Positions 21,804 through 32,548 of a stretch of 64,000 nucleotides of DNA are shown in pieces; positions within the stretch are counted from its first letter, which is position 1, and every line of letters starts with the position of its first letter. The notes under the pieces are model-generated. The model did not search any database. It saw only the letters and a program-made list of their open reading frames with translations, and was not told the DNA's origin. A program made the position numbers and the translations under genes. The stretch lies in assembly GCA_963716745.1 (NCBI GenBank), contig OY970320.1, positions 2,112,001 to 2,176,000 of the forward strand, in the 5' to 3' direction. Origin of the DNA: an uncultured Gemmatimonadaceae bacterium (GTDB taxonomy: Bacteria; Gemmatimonadota; Gemmatimonadetes; Gemmatimonadales; Gemmatimonadaceae).

Positions 21804-22362
21804 ACTACCGGGAACCGATTACCGGGAACCGGTGTGGCATAACAACTCATTCCGTAACTGCTCCCCGCGAGAGGCTCGCGATGAGCCGGGTGAGCATCTG
21901 GCGGACGCGAATAGCGAGGGTCGACGCGCTCGAGAGCTCGGAGCCGCTGAGAAAGCCCAGGCGTTTCGTGCTCTCGAGGTGAGTGACCACCTCCGCAAGT
22001 GATCCGCGCGCGATCGCGAGAAAGTGGAGGTACTCGCGCCGGTGTGACCTCGCATTTCCTTCGGCAATGTTGGCGGGAATCGAGGATGCCGCGCGCCGCA
22101 GCTGATCAGCGAGGCGAGTGCGCTCGTAGTCGGGTAGGCGTGCCGCCAATCGGTATACCTCGACCATGAGGTCCATCGCGCGTTGCCAGACCTCCAATTC
22201 CTCGCAAGGCGCCGCCATAGCCCCTCCGTCGGCATCCACGATGATCGAAAGAAACGCCGCCGGCGTAACTCTTTCATTCCGCAGAGCACCATCCTGCCGC
22301 GCGCAGTAACACCATGCTTTGTCATGCCTCACCGGTTCCCGGTAACCGGTTCCCGGTAGTTC
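21802..22362. mobile_element. Inverted-repeat-bounded cassette carrying a four-helix-bundle gene
   Basis: 44-bp arms at 21802-21845 and 22319-22362 match at 41/44 as inverted repeats; interrupts an ABC operon. Confidence 0.8.
21847..22218 (-). CDS. Four-helix-bundle protein (TIGR02436 / 23S rRNA IVP-like)
   Basis: LEVWQRAMDL, LADQLRRAASSIPANIAEG, FLAIARGSLAE; RBS GGAGGGG. Confidence 0.93.
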   Translation of the reverse strand: MAAPCEELEVWQRAMDLMVEVYRLAARLPDYERTRLADQLRRAASSIPANIAEGNARSHRREYLHFLAIARGSLAEVVTHLESTKRLGFLSGSELSSASTLAIRVRQMLTRLIASLSRGAVTE

Positions 22363-22410
22363 CTCCGTGCCGCGGTCGCGCAGACAGCTTCCTCGTGTCA
22401 CCTTTCCCCA

Positions 22411-23451
22411 ATGCCGAGCTCTCTCACTCTCGACTCCCTGACCCGCCGTTTCGGCGATAAGGCTGTCGTCGATTCGCTGAGCCTCGCGGTCGAAGCCGGC
22501 ACTCTGCTCGCTCTCGTCGGCGCCAGCGGTAGTGGGAAAACAACAACGCTAAGGATGGTCGCCGGCTACGACACGCCCGACGCCGGCAAAGTCCTCATCG
22601 ACGGCAAGGACATCACGAACGAGCCCGTCGCCAGTCGTGAGTTCGGCATGGTCTTCCAGCACTACGCCCTATTCCCGCACTTAAGAGTCGGCGAGAACGT
22701 CGCCTTCGGTCTCGAAGCGCGCGGCGTGAACAAGTCCGATCGCGAGAAACGCGCGACGGCCACGCTGACTACCGTCGGACTCGGCGGGGCAGGGAACCGC
22801 ACCGTTCAGTCCCTCAGCGGCGGCGAACAGCAGCGCGTCGCACTCGCGCGCGCCCTCGTGATCGAGCCCCGCGTATTGCTCCTCGATGAGCCCCTGTCGA
22901 ACCTCGATCCCACTCTGCGCCGCTCCATGCGCGATGAGCTCCGCTCGATGCTTCGTCGATTGAGCGTCACCGCTCTCTTCGTCACGCACGATCAAGAGGA
23001 CGCCTTCGCCGTCGCCGATCGCGTCGCGCTCCTCGCACACGGCAAACTCCTCCAGGTGGGTGCGCCCGAGGAGCTCTACGATGCCCCCGCGAATCGCGCG
23101 GTCGCCGAATTCATCGGCCGCGCCGCCCTCGTGCCCGCTACTTTCGATGGCGCGCGCGCCACGATCTCCATCGCCGGCGTGTCGTACAACTTCGCGGCGC
23201 GCGGTTCCGTTCGCGGCGACGCGCTCGCTGTCCTTCGTCCCGACGCCCTCATGCTCGCGCCCGAAGGCACCGCCCGCGCCTGGTTCGGTACGGTCACGTC
23301 GCGCCGTTTCGCCGGCGGTCATGTCGCCTACCATGTGAAGCTCAGCGACACCGTGGAAGTCGAAGTCATGAGCGCCGATCGCGACGTGCGCGAAGGATCC
23401 CGCATCGGCGTCACGATCGGCCACAAACCGATCGCGGTGGTCGCGCCGTGA
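22411..23451 (+). CDS. ABC transporter ATP-binding protein (PotA/FbpC-like, TOBE domain)
   Basis: GASGSGKTT, LSGGEQQRVALARAL, LLLDEP. Confidence 0.95.
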   Translation: MPSSLTLDSLTRRFGDKAVVDSLSLAVEAGTLLALVGASGSGKTTTLRMVAGYDTPDAGKVLIDGKDITNEPVASREFGMVFQHYALFPHLRVGENVAFGLEARGVNKSDREKRATATLTTVGLGGAGNRTVQSLSGGEQQRVALARALVIEPRVLLLDEPLSNLDPTLRRSMRDELRSMLRRLSVTALFVTHDQEDAFAVADRVALLAHGKLLQVGAPEELYDAPANRAVAEFIGRAALVPATFDGARATISIAGVSYNFAARGSVRGDALAVLRPDALMLAPEGTARAWFGTVTSRRFAGGHVAYHVKLSDTVEVEVMSADRDVREGSRIGVTIGHKPIAVVAP

Positions 23452-25124
23452 GCACCCCGCGCAGCCGCGGCACTTGGCTGCTCGCCGCGCCCGTGCTGGC
23501 GATCCTCGCCTGGGCGGTCGTCTACCCGAACGCCAACGTCATCGCCGGATCCTTCGCGCACGGGCTCGGCTACTGGCGCGAATTCGCCGGCAATCCGGGC
23601 GACCTCGAGGCGCTGCGCACCACGCTGCTCATCTCGATCGGTTCGGTGATCCTCGCCACGCTCATCGGCGTGCCGCTCGCCTTCCTCCTCACGCGCGTCG
23701 AATTCCCCGGCCGGCGCACGCTCGGCGCGGTCGCCACGATCCCCGCGGCGCTGCCGCCGCTCGTCGGCGTGATCGCCTTCCTCTTCCTGTACGGCGAGAG
23801 CGGCGTGGTCACGCGCGTCGTGCAGCGCATGCTCGGCCTCGAGAACCCGCCGTGGACGTTCACCGGTGTGTGGCCCATTCTCGTGGTGCACGCGTACGCG
23901 ATGTACGTGTATGTCTATCTCTTCGTCGCCGCGGGTCTCGAGCGCTACGACACGTCGCTCGACGAAGCGGCCTCCGGACTCGGCGCGAGCCGCGCGCTCC
24001 GCCTGCGCCGCATCACGCTGCCGCTGCTCACGCCGAGTTTGGCGGGCGCGATGCTGCTGGTGTTCATGAGCGCGCTCGGGAGTTTCTCCGCGCCGTACGT
24101 GTTCGGCGGCGGCCTTCGCGTGATGAGCACGCAGATCCTCGCGAGCAAGCTCAATGGCGCGATGGGGCTCGCCTACGTCGAGACCACGGTGCTCGCGCTG
24201 ACCGCGATCGCGGCGCTGGTGCTGCTGCGCTGGTTCGAGCGGCGGCGCACGTACGCGATGACGGGGAAGGGACGCGTCACGCGCACGGCGATCCCATCGC
24301 GCGCGGGGCGCGCGGTCGCGTTGGCCGGTGCGGCGGTGCTCGTGTTCATTCTCATTCTGCCGCATGCGATGCTCGTGCTCATCGCCTTCGCGCGCGATGG
24401 CGCGTGGACCACGCAGCTCCTGCCTCCCGAGTACACGCTGGAGAATTTCTCGCGGCTGTTGCACGACGCGGACCTCTGGACGCCGATCCGGAATTCGCTG
24501 CTCATGGGCGCGATCGCCGTCGCGGCGAATGCCGTCTTCTGTTTCGTCGCGGCCTATCTCATCGTGCTGCGCAAGTTCCGCGGACGCCGGGCGCTCGAGC
24601 TGCTGTCGGCGCTCCCTTGGGCGATCCCGGCGACGGCGATCGCGATCGGGCTCGCATCCACGTTCAACCGCAACGATCTCCTTTCTGCGCGCGTGCTCCT
24701 CGTGGGGACGTTCTGGATCTTGCCGCTCGCGTATTTCATCCGTGGCATCCCGCTCGTCTCGAACGCGGTGCAGGGCTCACTCGCGCAAATGGACCCGTCG
24801 CTCGAAGACGCCGCGCGCGGACTCGGCGCTTCGTGGTGGCTCACGATCAAGCGCGTGGTGCTGCCCGCGGCGCGGCCCGGTCTCGTGGCGGGCACGATGC
24901 TCGCCGCGGTGATGGCCGTCGGCGAATTCGTCGCGAGCATCGTGCTCTACACGCACTCCAACCGCCCGATCGCCGTCGAGATCCTCGCGCAGATCCGCGA
25001 TCTCGCGTTCGGCACCGGCGCCGCGTACAGCGTGCTGCTCATCATTCTCGTGCTCGCGATCACGCTCGGCGCGCGTTGGAGTGAATCGCGGCTGATCGCC
25101 GCGGAGACCGCGGCGCTGTCATGA
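23448..25124 (+). CDS. ABC transporter permease (FbpB-like, two TM modules)
   Basis: Two EAA loops, LDEAASGLGAS and LEDAARGLGAS. Confidence 0.93.
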   Translation: MSTPRSRGTWLLAAPVLAILAWAVVYPNANVIAGSFAHGLGYWREFAGNPGDLEALRTTLLISIGSVILATLIGVPLAFLLTRVEFPGRRTLGAVATIPAALPPLVGVIAFLFLYGESGVVTRVVQRMLGLENPPWTFTGVWPILVVHAYAMYVYVYLFVAAGLERYDTSLDEAASGLGASRALRLRRITLPLLTPSLAGAMLLVFMSALGSFSAPYVFGGGLRVMSTQILASKLNGAMGLAYVETTVLALTAIAALVLLRWFERRRTYAMTGKGRVTRTAIPSRAGRAVALAGAAVLVFILILPHAMLVLIAFARDGAWTTQLLPPEYTLENFSRLLHDADLWTPIRNSLLMGAIAVAANAVFCFVAAYLIVLRKFRGRRALELLSALPWAIPATAIAIGLASTFNRNDLLSARVLLVGTFWILPLAYFIRGIPLVSNAVQGSLAQMDPSLEDAARGLGASWWLTIKRVVLPAARPGLVAGTMLAAVMAVGEFVASIVLYTHSNRPIAVEILAQIRDLAFGTGAAYSVLLIILVLAITLGARWSESRLIAAETAALS

Positions 25125-26411
25125 CCGGCGAGAAGCTCCCGCGTGTGGTGATCGTCGGCGGCGGCTTCGCCGGGATCTACGCCGCGAAGGCGCTCGCGCG
25201 TGAGAAGATCGAACTCACCGTGCTCGACCGGAACAACCACAACACCTTCGCACCGCTGCTCTATCAGGTGGCGATGGCGGTGCTGGCGCCAAGCGAGATC
25301 GCGTCGCCCATCAGGTGGCTGCTGAAGAAGCAGAAGAACACCAGCGTGCTGCTCGCGGACGTGGAGCGCATCGATGTCGCGCGGCGCGTGGTGATCGCGG
25401 ATGGCGGGAAGACCGAAGTGCCGTACGACTACTTGATCGTCGCCACCGGCAGCCGGCACTCATACTTCGGCCACCCTGAGTGGGAGTCGCTCGCACCCGG
25501 GCTCAAGACCGTGGACGACGCGCGCGAGATCCGCCGGCGTTTCCTGCTCGCTTACGAGTTGGCCGAGAAGGCGCCGACCGAGCGCGAACGCGACGAGCTG
25601 ATGACGTTCGTCATCGTAGGCGGCGGCCCCACCGGCGTGGAATTGGCGGGGATCCTGCCGGAAGTGGGGAAGCGCGGGATCATGGGTGAATTTCGCCGAG
25701 CGGACACGACGCGCACGCGCACCATACTGCTCGAAGGCGGGCCGCGCATTCTGCCCGCATTCAATGAGGAGATCTCAGCGGAAGCCCGGCGCGAGCTCAC
25801 CGGGCTCGGCGTGGAGGTACGCACCGGCGCGCTCGTGACGCGCATTGAAAGAGATGCCGTATACGTTGGCGACGAGCGGATCCCGTGCCGCACAGTCTTC
25901 TGGGCGGCGGGGAACCAGGCGTCACCGCTCGCGAAGACGCTCGGCGTGCCGCTCGATAAAGTGGGACGCGTGAAAGTATCGCCCGATCTCAGCGTGCCCG
26001 GTCATCCGGAGATCTTCGTGACGGGCGATCTCGCGGCGGTGGAGCAGGACGGCGCGCTGGTGCCCGGCGTGGCGCAGGGGGCGATCCAGGGCGGCCGGCG
26101 CGCCGCGAAGAACATCCGCCTCTTGCTGCGCGGCGAACCGACGCAGCCGTTCCGCTATTTCGACAAGGGCAATCTTGCGACCATCGGAAGGCACAAGGCG
26201 GTCGCGCAATTCGGCGACTTCGGCGTCACCGGCGCGCCGGCGTGGTTCCTGTGGCTGTTCATTCACATCCTCTATCTCGCCGGCTTCCGAAATCGCATCA
26301 TCGTCGCGATCGAGTGGGGCTACTGCCTACTTCACGTATCAGCGGGGTGCGAGGGTGCTGTCGGAGGAACAAACAGCTGCGGGAAGCGGGAAGCGGGAAG
26401 CGCCGCGATGA
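25121..26411 (+). CDS. ndh: Type II NADH dehydrogenase; frameshift near 26325
   Basis: GGGFAG, GGGPTGVELAG, GNLATIGR; the C-terminus AYFTYQRGAR... is in ORF 26175..26411. Confidence 0.92.
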
Positions 26412-26482
26412 GCGACAACTGCGCGTTCACACAACGCGCAGTTCGCGTCCATCGCGGCGCTTCCCGCTTCCCGCTTCCCGCG
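26379..26482. repeat. Heptamer-arm palindromic element (GCGGGAA family)
   Basis: (GCGGGAA)3GCGCCGCGATG...CATCGCGGCGC(TTCCCGC)3; same family as 55432-55539. Confidence 0.9.
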
Positions 26483-26486
26483 CCGT

Positions 26487-27587
26487 CTATTGCACCACGA
26501 ACGTCGTGAACATCCCGCGCTTGATGTCGGACCGGCGGTCGGTGCCGTTGGTCACGAAGCTCGCGAGCACGTAAGTGCCGGGGGAGAGCGTTGCCGGGAA
26601 CTGCACCGTGCTTCCCGTCTCGATGCCGCCGGAGCCGCCCACGACGATCCCGGGCATCCTCGTACCGAGGTCCGCGGCCCAGGCCTTGAAGTCCTTTTCC
26701 GTCTTGTCGGGACTCAGCTTGAAGAGCACGACCTCGTGCGGGAACTTGCCCGTCAGGTTCGCCTGGAACACGCGCGGACCCGCCGCAACCGGGCCGGACA
26801 TCTTGATCGTGTACTCGTTCACCGTGGCCGTCACGTCGGGCGTCGGCATGGTGGCCTGCGGCGCGCTGTTCGCCGTCACCGTGAACGGCACGATCGTGCC
26901 CTGCTCGATGTACGGGGCATGCTCCGGGAAATCCCTGAGACCGATGATCGCGTAATTTCCAGCGGACAGGTCGATGGTCGCCATGGACGTCGCGCCCGCC
27001 ATCGACGCATTCGGTCCGCCGGCGAGCAGCACCCACTGCGGAAGCTTCGAGTTCTCCTTCATCGCCTGCTCGAGCTCGGCTTCGGTCTTCCCGTTCACGA
27101 GCTTCACGATCTGGATGTGCTGCAGCTTCGGACCATTGTTGACCAAGCTGACCGTCGTGAGGCCGGCCGGCACCGTCGCGGGCGCCGTGAGCATGTGAGC
27201 GTTCGAATGGATGACGAGCGCGTTGGGCTGCGGGCCATGATTCGCTGGCGCAGGCGCGGCAGGTGGCGCAGCCGCCATCGCTGGCGCGGCCGCGGGTGCA
27301 GGAGCGGGAGCGGCCATGGGAGCCGGCGCCGGCGGATTGGTCGCGGCGGCAGTGGCGGCGGTGGCGGCAGCGGCCTTGGCGGCGGGCTTCGTGTCAGACT
27401 TCTTCGCCATTGGCGCAGCGGCCGGCGTCGAGTCCGCGGCGGGCGCAGGAGTCGCGGCGACCGCAGCGGCGGGCGCGTTCTGCGGGATCGTGTCGAACGA
27501 TGGCTTGGAGTCGCCCTTACACGCCGCGAGCGACGCGAACGCGAGCAGTGCGGCGGAGCCAATGCGCGAATGAATGGAGCTGGTCAT
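26487..27587 (-). CDS. Lipoprotein with Ala/Pro-rich linker and two cupredoxin-like repeats
   Basis: Lipobox LAAC; long AP linker; repeated units PAGLTTVSLVNNG..H / AAGPRVFQANLTG..H. Confidence 0.75.
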   Translation of the reverse strand: MTSSIHSRIGSAALLAFASLAACKGDSKPSFDTIPQNAPAAAVAATPAPAADSTPAAAPMAKKSDTKPAAKAAAATAATAAATNPPAPAPMAAPAPAPAAAPAMAAAPPAAPAPANHGPQPNALVIHSNAHMLTAPATVPAGLTTVSLVNNGPKLQHIQIVKLVNGKTEAELEQAMKENSKLPQWVLLAGGPNASMAGATSMATIDLSAGNYAIIGLRDFPEHAPYIEQGTIVPFTVTANSAPQATMPTPDVTATVNEYTIKMSGPVAAGPRVFQANLTGKFPHEVVLFKLSPDKTEKDFKAWAADLGTRMPGIVVGGSGGIETGSTVQFPATLSPGTYVLASFVTNGTDRRSDIKRGMFTTFVVQ

Positions 27588-27674
27588 GCATCCCCCGGGG
27601 TGTACGGTGACGCGGTCCGCCGTCTCGGTGGCCGCTTGAGACCGTAGACCATACCGCGCCTGGGGGCGGGGTGC

Positions 27675-27789
27675 AACTACGCGGGATTCGGGACTCGGGA
27701 CTCGCCGCGGGACTCGCGAACTGCGCGTTGGCTCATCGCGCAGTATTCGATTCCCGCGGCGAGTCCCGAGTCCCGAATCCCGCGTAGTT
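27675..27789. repeat. Heptamer-arm palindromic element (CGGGACT family)
   Basis: AACTACGCGGGATTCGGGACTCGGGACTCGCCGCGGGA...TCCCGCGGCGAGTCCCGAGTCCCGAATCCCGCGTAGTT. Confidence 0.9.
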
Positions 27790-29093
27790 CAGCGTCTCTC
27801 CTCCGCCAGCGCCACCGGTTCCTCCGCGGTGTCCTGCCGCGCGATCTCTTCGGATTGCCCCGAGTATCGGTTCAATCCGAAGCCGAGCCAAATGGTGCTC
27901 GCGACGAGAATGGCTGACGTCCCGAAGGGGACGATCGGCTTGAACGAATCCCACGCGAATCCGGCGTACAACGGATACAGGAAGCGCGCGATGCCGGCGT
28001 ACGTCTGCTGAACGCCCATATACAATCCGCGTTCGTGCTCTCCCACGACGCGTGACAACAGCCCCGTGGTCGCGGGGAAATTGAACGCAGTGCCCAATGG
28101 AATGAGCGCGGTCGCCAGCGCGAGCGGCACGTACGCCGCGAGACCCGGCAGCATCGATTTGTGCACCAGCGCCACACTGAGGATGCCAAGTGCCAACAAC
28201 GCGGTCCCGAAGCGCGCGGTGCGCACTTCGCCGAACTTGTCCACGACCGGCCCCACGAGGAACACGCGCACGAGCACGCTGATCGCGCCAATGTACGCGA
28301 AGAAGTAGCCGATGGTCAGCGCGGTGACGCCCCAGTAATCCTTGAGATAGAGCGACAGCACCGGATTGATCCCGTAGAACGCGCCCATGCAGATGGCATA
28401 CATCCAAATGAGCCGCGACGCCGGCTCGCCCGGATGCTCGAATACGCGAAGCACCACGGTCCAAGGCGACCGCGCGGTCCTGCTCTTCTCTCGCGCCTTG
28501 GCGGTCTGCCGCTCGGTGAGGTACCTGATCGCGAACCAGATGTTGATCATGCAGAGCAGTGCGGCGACCAGCCCGGGTCCATGCTCGCCGATGCGGAACA
28601 CCGCCTGCCCGCCGAGCACGGGGCCGAGCACCACGCCGAGATTGGTCGCGCTCGAGAGCCATCCGAGCCCGCGCGCCCGATTCTTGGGTTCCACCGCATC
28701 CGCGACATACGCCTGGATGACGCCGGTGGTCCCGCCGCCCGCGCCCTGGATCAGCCGGCACACGAAGAGCAATGCGTACGAGTTCGCGTACGCGAATACC
28801 ACGTAGGAGATTGCGGAACCGGTGAGCCCCGCGATGAGCGCCGGCTTTCGTCCGTAGCGGTCGGAGACGCGCCCCCAGAACGGCGCGCTGAGCAACTGCA
28901 TCGCCGCGAACGCCGAGATCAGCATGCTCACCTGGAACCCGTTCGCGCCGAACTTCGAGGCGTAGAACGGGAAGAGCGGGAATACCATCAGCCCGCCCAC
29001 CATATCGATGAAGGCGGTGGTCATCAGGATGCCGAGCTTCCCGACGTCACCGCCCCCCAGGGACTTCAATTGGTCTTCGAATGGCATCTTCAC
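27789..29093 (-). CDS. MFS transporter (TetA/DHA1-like)
   Basis: WGRVSDRYGRKP; about 12 hydrophobic segments. Confidence 0.9.
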   Translation of the reverse strand: MKMPFEDQLKSLGGGDVGKLGILMTTAFIDMVGGLMVFPLFPFYASKFGANGFQVSMLISAFAAMQLLSAPFWGRVSDRYGRKPALIAGLTGSAISYVVFAYANSYALLFVCRLIQGAGGGTTGVIQAYVADAVEPKNRARGLGWLSSATNLGVVLGPVLGGQAVFRIGEHGPGLVAALLCMINIWFAIRYLTERQTAKAREKSRTARSPWTVVLRVFEHPGEPASRLIWMYAICMGAFYGINPVLSLYLKDYWGVTALTIGYFFAYIGAISVLVRVFLVGPVVDKFGEVRTARFGTALLALGILSVALVHKSMLPGLAAYVPLALATALIPLGTAFNFPATTGLLSRVVGEHERGLYMGVQQTYAGIARFLYPLYAGFAWDSFKPIVPFGTSAILVASTIWLGFGLNRYSGQSEEIARQDTAEEPVALAEERR

Positions 29094-29102
29094 GCGCGCA
29101 AT

Positions 29103-29949
29103 CTACTCCGCTTTACCGAGTGACGCGGGTGGGACCGCTTTCTTCACCACCCCCGCGAGCGCGACGATGGTCAGCACATACGGGATCATCTGGATGAACT
29201 GCGACGGGATGAATTGCGTTCCCTGCAGCTGGATCTGCAACGTTTCCGCCGCCGCGAAGAAGAGACACGCCACGGCCGCGCGCATCGGGTCCCATCGCCC
29301 GAAGATCACCGCCGCGAGCGCGATGAAGCCGCGCCCCGCGGTCATCTCGCTCGGTGAACTGGTGCTGGTCGAGCGCGAGATATACCCCGCCCAGCGACGC
29401 GAGTGCCCCCGAGAGCGCCACGGCGATGAGACGCACGCGCGGCACCCGCACACCCAACGTCTCCGCCGCCTGCGGATGCTCGCCCGCCGCGCGCACGCGC
29501 AGCCCCCACGGCGTGCGGTACAGGAGCCACGCCAGCGCCATCGGCGCCGACGAGTCCGATCGCGATCAACGGGTCGACGCTCGAAGCCCGGCACGCGCGG
29601 CGAGTTCGATGAACTGTCGAACATCAACTTGAGCAGGAACCGCGTGAGCCCGATCACCAGCAAATTGATCGCGATGCCGCTCACCACCTGGTCCGCGCGG
29701 AACCGGAGCGACACGAGCGCGTGCACGAGCGCGAACAGCACGCCGCCGCCGATCCCGCAAAGAACCCCAATGGCCGGGCTCCCGCTGTAGTAGCTCCCCA
29801 CCGCGCCCGCGAACGCGCCGCTGAGCATGTAGCCCTCGAGCCCGAGGCTGATCACGCCCGCAGCGCTCGGCGATCACGCCCCCCGCCGCCGCGAAGAGGT
29901 ACGGGATCGCGATGCGCACGGTCTGCGCGAGGAACGCGAGCGCGCTCAT
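29103..29949 (-). CDS. Nucleoside ABC transporter permease 2; frameshifted
   Basis: LGLEGYML, GEHPQAAETLG, GRGFIALAAVIFGRW. Confidence 0.88.
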
Positions 29950-31019
29950 GGCTCGGTGCTCCGCCGTGCCGACATGCATCGCGCGCCGCACCTCGGGCAC
30001 GCGACGCCGCGACCGCGAGGATGACGATGCCCTGCAGCACCTCCACGAGCTGCTTGGGCACCATCGCGTTCACCGCGAGCCCGCCCTGCGACAGCGTCGC
30101 GAAGAAGAGCGCGGCCAGCACGACGCCGACCGGATGATTGCGTCCCACCAGCGCGACGGCGATGCCGAGGAAACCCGCGCCGCCGGCGAAGCCTTCCTCG
30201 TAGTAGTGCTTGTAGCCGAGCACGAAGTTGATGCCGCCGAGCCCCGCGAGCATGCCCGAGAGCATCATCGCGCGCATCCACGTGCGGCCGCGCGCACGCC
30301 GCCGTATTCGGCGGCGTCCGGCTGCAGCCCCACCGCGCGCAGCTCGTAGCCGCTGCGCGTGCGGAAGAGGAACCACCATGCCGCCACCGCGGTCGCGAGC
30401 ACGATCAGGATCGCCCACGTTCGCCGCCGAGCCGTGGAACACGTCCCGAATGTCGGAGAAACGCGTGAGCGCGCCGGCGTGGATCTCGGGCGTGTGCAGC
30501 GTCTCCGGGACGTGCAGGTGCGCGACGATGATCCAGTTGAGCAGCGCGAGCACGATGAAGTTGAGCATGATCGTCGTGATCACTTCGTGCGCGCCGAACT
30601 TCGCGCGGAGCGCACCGGGCACCCACCCGACGGCGCGCGCCGCCGGCCATGGCCGCCATCACGCAGAGCGTCCACGCGGCGAACACGCCGGCGTGCCAGC
30701 GGGGAGGATGATCCCCATGAGCGCCGCGGCGAATCCGCCCGCGGCCAGCTGGCCCTCGGCGCCGATGTTGAACAGTCCGGCGCGCAGGCCCGATCGACAC
30801 GGCGAGGCCGGTGGCGATGAGCGTGGTGGTCTTGTAGAGCACCTGGCCGAAGCCGTACCAATTACCCCACGTGCCCTCGAGCAGCAGCCGGTACACCGCC
30901 GCGGGCGATTGGCCCACGGCGAGGATGAGCAGATCGCCGGCCACGAGCGCGACGAGCAGCGCCACCAGTGGCGGCAGCAGCGCCGCTTCAGCGCGCTCCC
31001 TCAATTCGGCGCGCGTCAT
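29946..31019 (-). CDS. Nucleoside ABC transporter permease 1; frameshifted
   Basis: FNIGAEGQ, HEVITTIMLNF, GFLGIAVALVGRNHP. Confidence 0.88.
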
Positions 31020-32548
31020 GCGGCGCTCGCTCCCGCGCCCGTCATGAGCGGCCCGAGCGATGCCTCGCTCGCGTGCGCGCGGGGCATGACGCCCACGATG
31101 CGCCCGCCGTACATCACGGCCACGCGATCCGCGAGCGCGAGGATCTCCTGCAGCTCCGCGCACACGAGCAGCACCGCCTTCCCGTCGGCACGCGCGCGGC
31201 GCAGCTGCGCGTGGATGAACTCGATCGCGCCGACGTCCACGCCGCGCGTCGGCTGCGCGGCCAGCAGCACGCGGTACTCGCCGCCCATCTCGCGCGCGAT
31301 CACGATCTTCTGCTGGTTCCCGCCGGAGAGCGCGCGAGCGGGCAGGGAAGCATCCGGCGGCCGGATGTCGAAGCGCTCGACCGCCGCGCGCGCGTTGCGC
31401 TCGATGTGCCCGCGGTCGAGTCCCGCGAAGCTCGCGAACCGGTCCTGCCGGCCGAGGATGAGATTGTCGGCCACCGAGTAGTCGAGGATCAGCCCGCGGC
31501 GGTGGCGGTCCTCGGGGATGTGCGCGAGGCCGATCAGTCCGCGCTCGCGCACGGAGAGCGCGGTGATGTCGGCGTCGCCGAGCAGCACCGCGCCGGAGGC
31601 GACGGGACGGAGTCCGGCGATCGCATCGAGCAGCGCGCTCTGGCCGTTGCCCTCGACGCCCGCGATGCCGAGGATCTCGCCGGGCGCTACGGTGAAGGAG
31701 ACGCCATCCACTTCGCGCGGGCGCCGCGCGCCGGCGACGACGAGATCACGCACCGTGAGCGCCGCGCTCGCGCCCGCGGGCACCGCGCTCGCGACGAACG
31801 ATGCCGCGCCGGCGAGCGCCACTTCGCGCCCCACCATCGCGACCGCGATCGACGCGGGCGTCGTCTGCGCGGTCACCATGCGCGCCACGGTCTCGCCGCG
31901 GCGCATCACCGTGATGCGATCCGACACCTGCATGACCTCATCCAGCTTGTGCGTGATGAGCACGATCGTGCCGCCGCCCGCCTTCAGCGCGCGCAGCACT
32001 TTCCAGAGATCCTGCACCTCGGGCGGCGAGAGCACGGCCGTCGGCTCGTCGAGGATCAGGATCTTCGCGCCGCGGAAGAGCGCCTTCAGGATCTCCACGC
32101 GCTGCGCTTCGCCTACGCTCAACTCGCTCACACGCCGCTCGGCTTCAACGCGCAGTCCGTAGCGCGCGGCCACGTCTCTCACTTCGGCCACCGCGCGCGC
32201 GATGTCGAGTTGCGGGCCGCGGTGCGGCTCGCGGCCCAGCACCACGTTCTCGGCAACCGTGAGCGTGGGCACGAGCATGAAGTGCTGGTGCACCATGCCC
32301 ACGCCGGCGGCGATCGCGTCGGACGTGCGCCAGCCGGTCACGTCGCGGCCGTCCACTTTGGCCGTGCCCGCGTCGGGCGCGATGAGCCCGGCGAGGATGC
32401 GCATGAGCGTCGATTTCCCGGCGCCGTTCTCTCCTACCAGCGCGTGGATCTCGCCGTGCGCCACCGAGAGCGACGCGCCGGCGTTCGCGCGCACCGCGCC
32501 GAAGCGCTTCTCGATGCCGGTGAGTTCGATCGCGAGTGCGTCGTTCAT
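31016..32548 (-). CDS. Nucleoside/sugar ABC transporter ATP-binding protein (two NBDs)
   Basis: GENGAGKST, LSVGEAQRVE, LSGGNQQK, QPTRGVD. Confidence 0.95.
   Translation of the reverse strand: MNDALAIELTGIEKRFGAVRANAGASLSVAHGEIHALVGENGAGKSTLMRILAGLIAPDAGTAKVDGRDVTGWRTSDAIAAGVGMVHQHFMLVPTLTVAENVVLGREPHRGPQLDIARAVAEVRDVAARYGLRVEAERRVSELSVGEAQRVEILKALFRGAKILILDEPTAVLSPPEVQDLWKVLRALKAGGGTIVLITHKLDEVMQVSDRITVMRRGETVARMVTAQTTPASIAVAMVGREVALAGAASFVASAVPAGASAALTVRDLVVAGARRPREVDGVSFTVAPGEILGIAGVEGNGQSALLDAIAGLRPVASGAVLLGDADITALSVRERGLIGLAHIPEDRHRRGLILDYSVADNLILGRQDRFASFAGLDRGHIERNARAAVERFDIRPPDASLPARALSGGNQQKIVIAREMGGEYRVLLAAQPTRGVDVGAIEFIHAQLRRARADGKAVLLVCAELQEILALADRVAVMYGGRIVGVMPRAHASEASLGPLMTGAGASAA

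Noticed and set aside
21847..22218. Diversity-generating retroelement or rRNA intervening sequence
   Set aside because: No reverse transcriptase, TR/VR pair or rRNA gene in the window.
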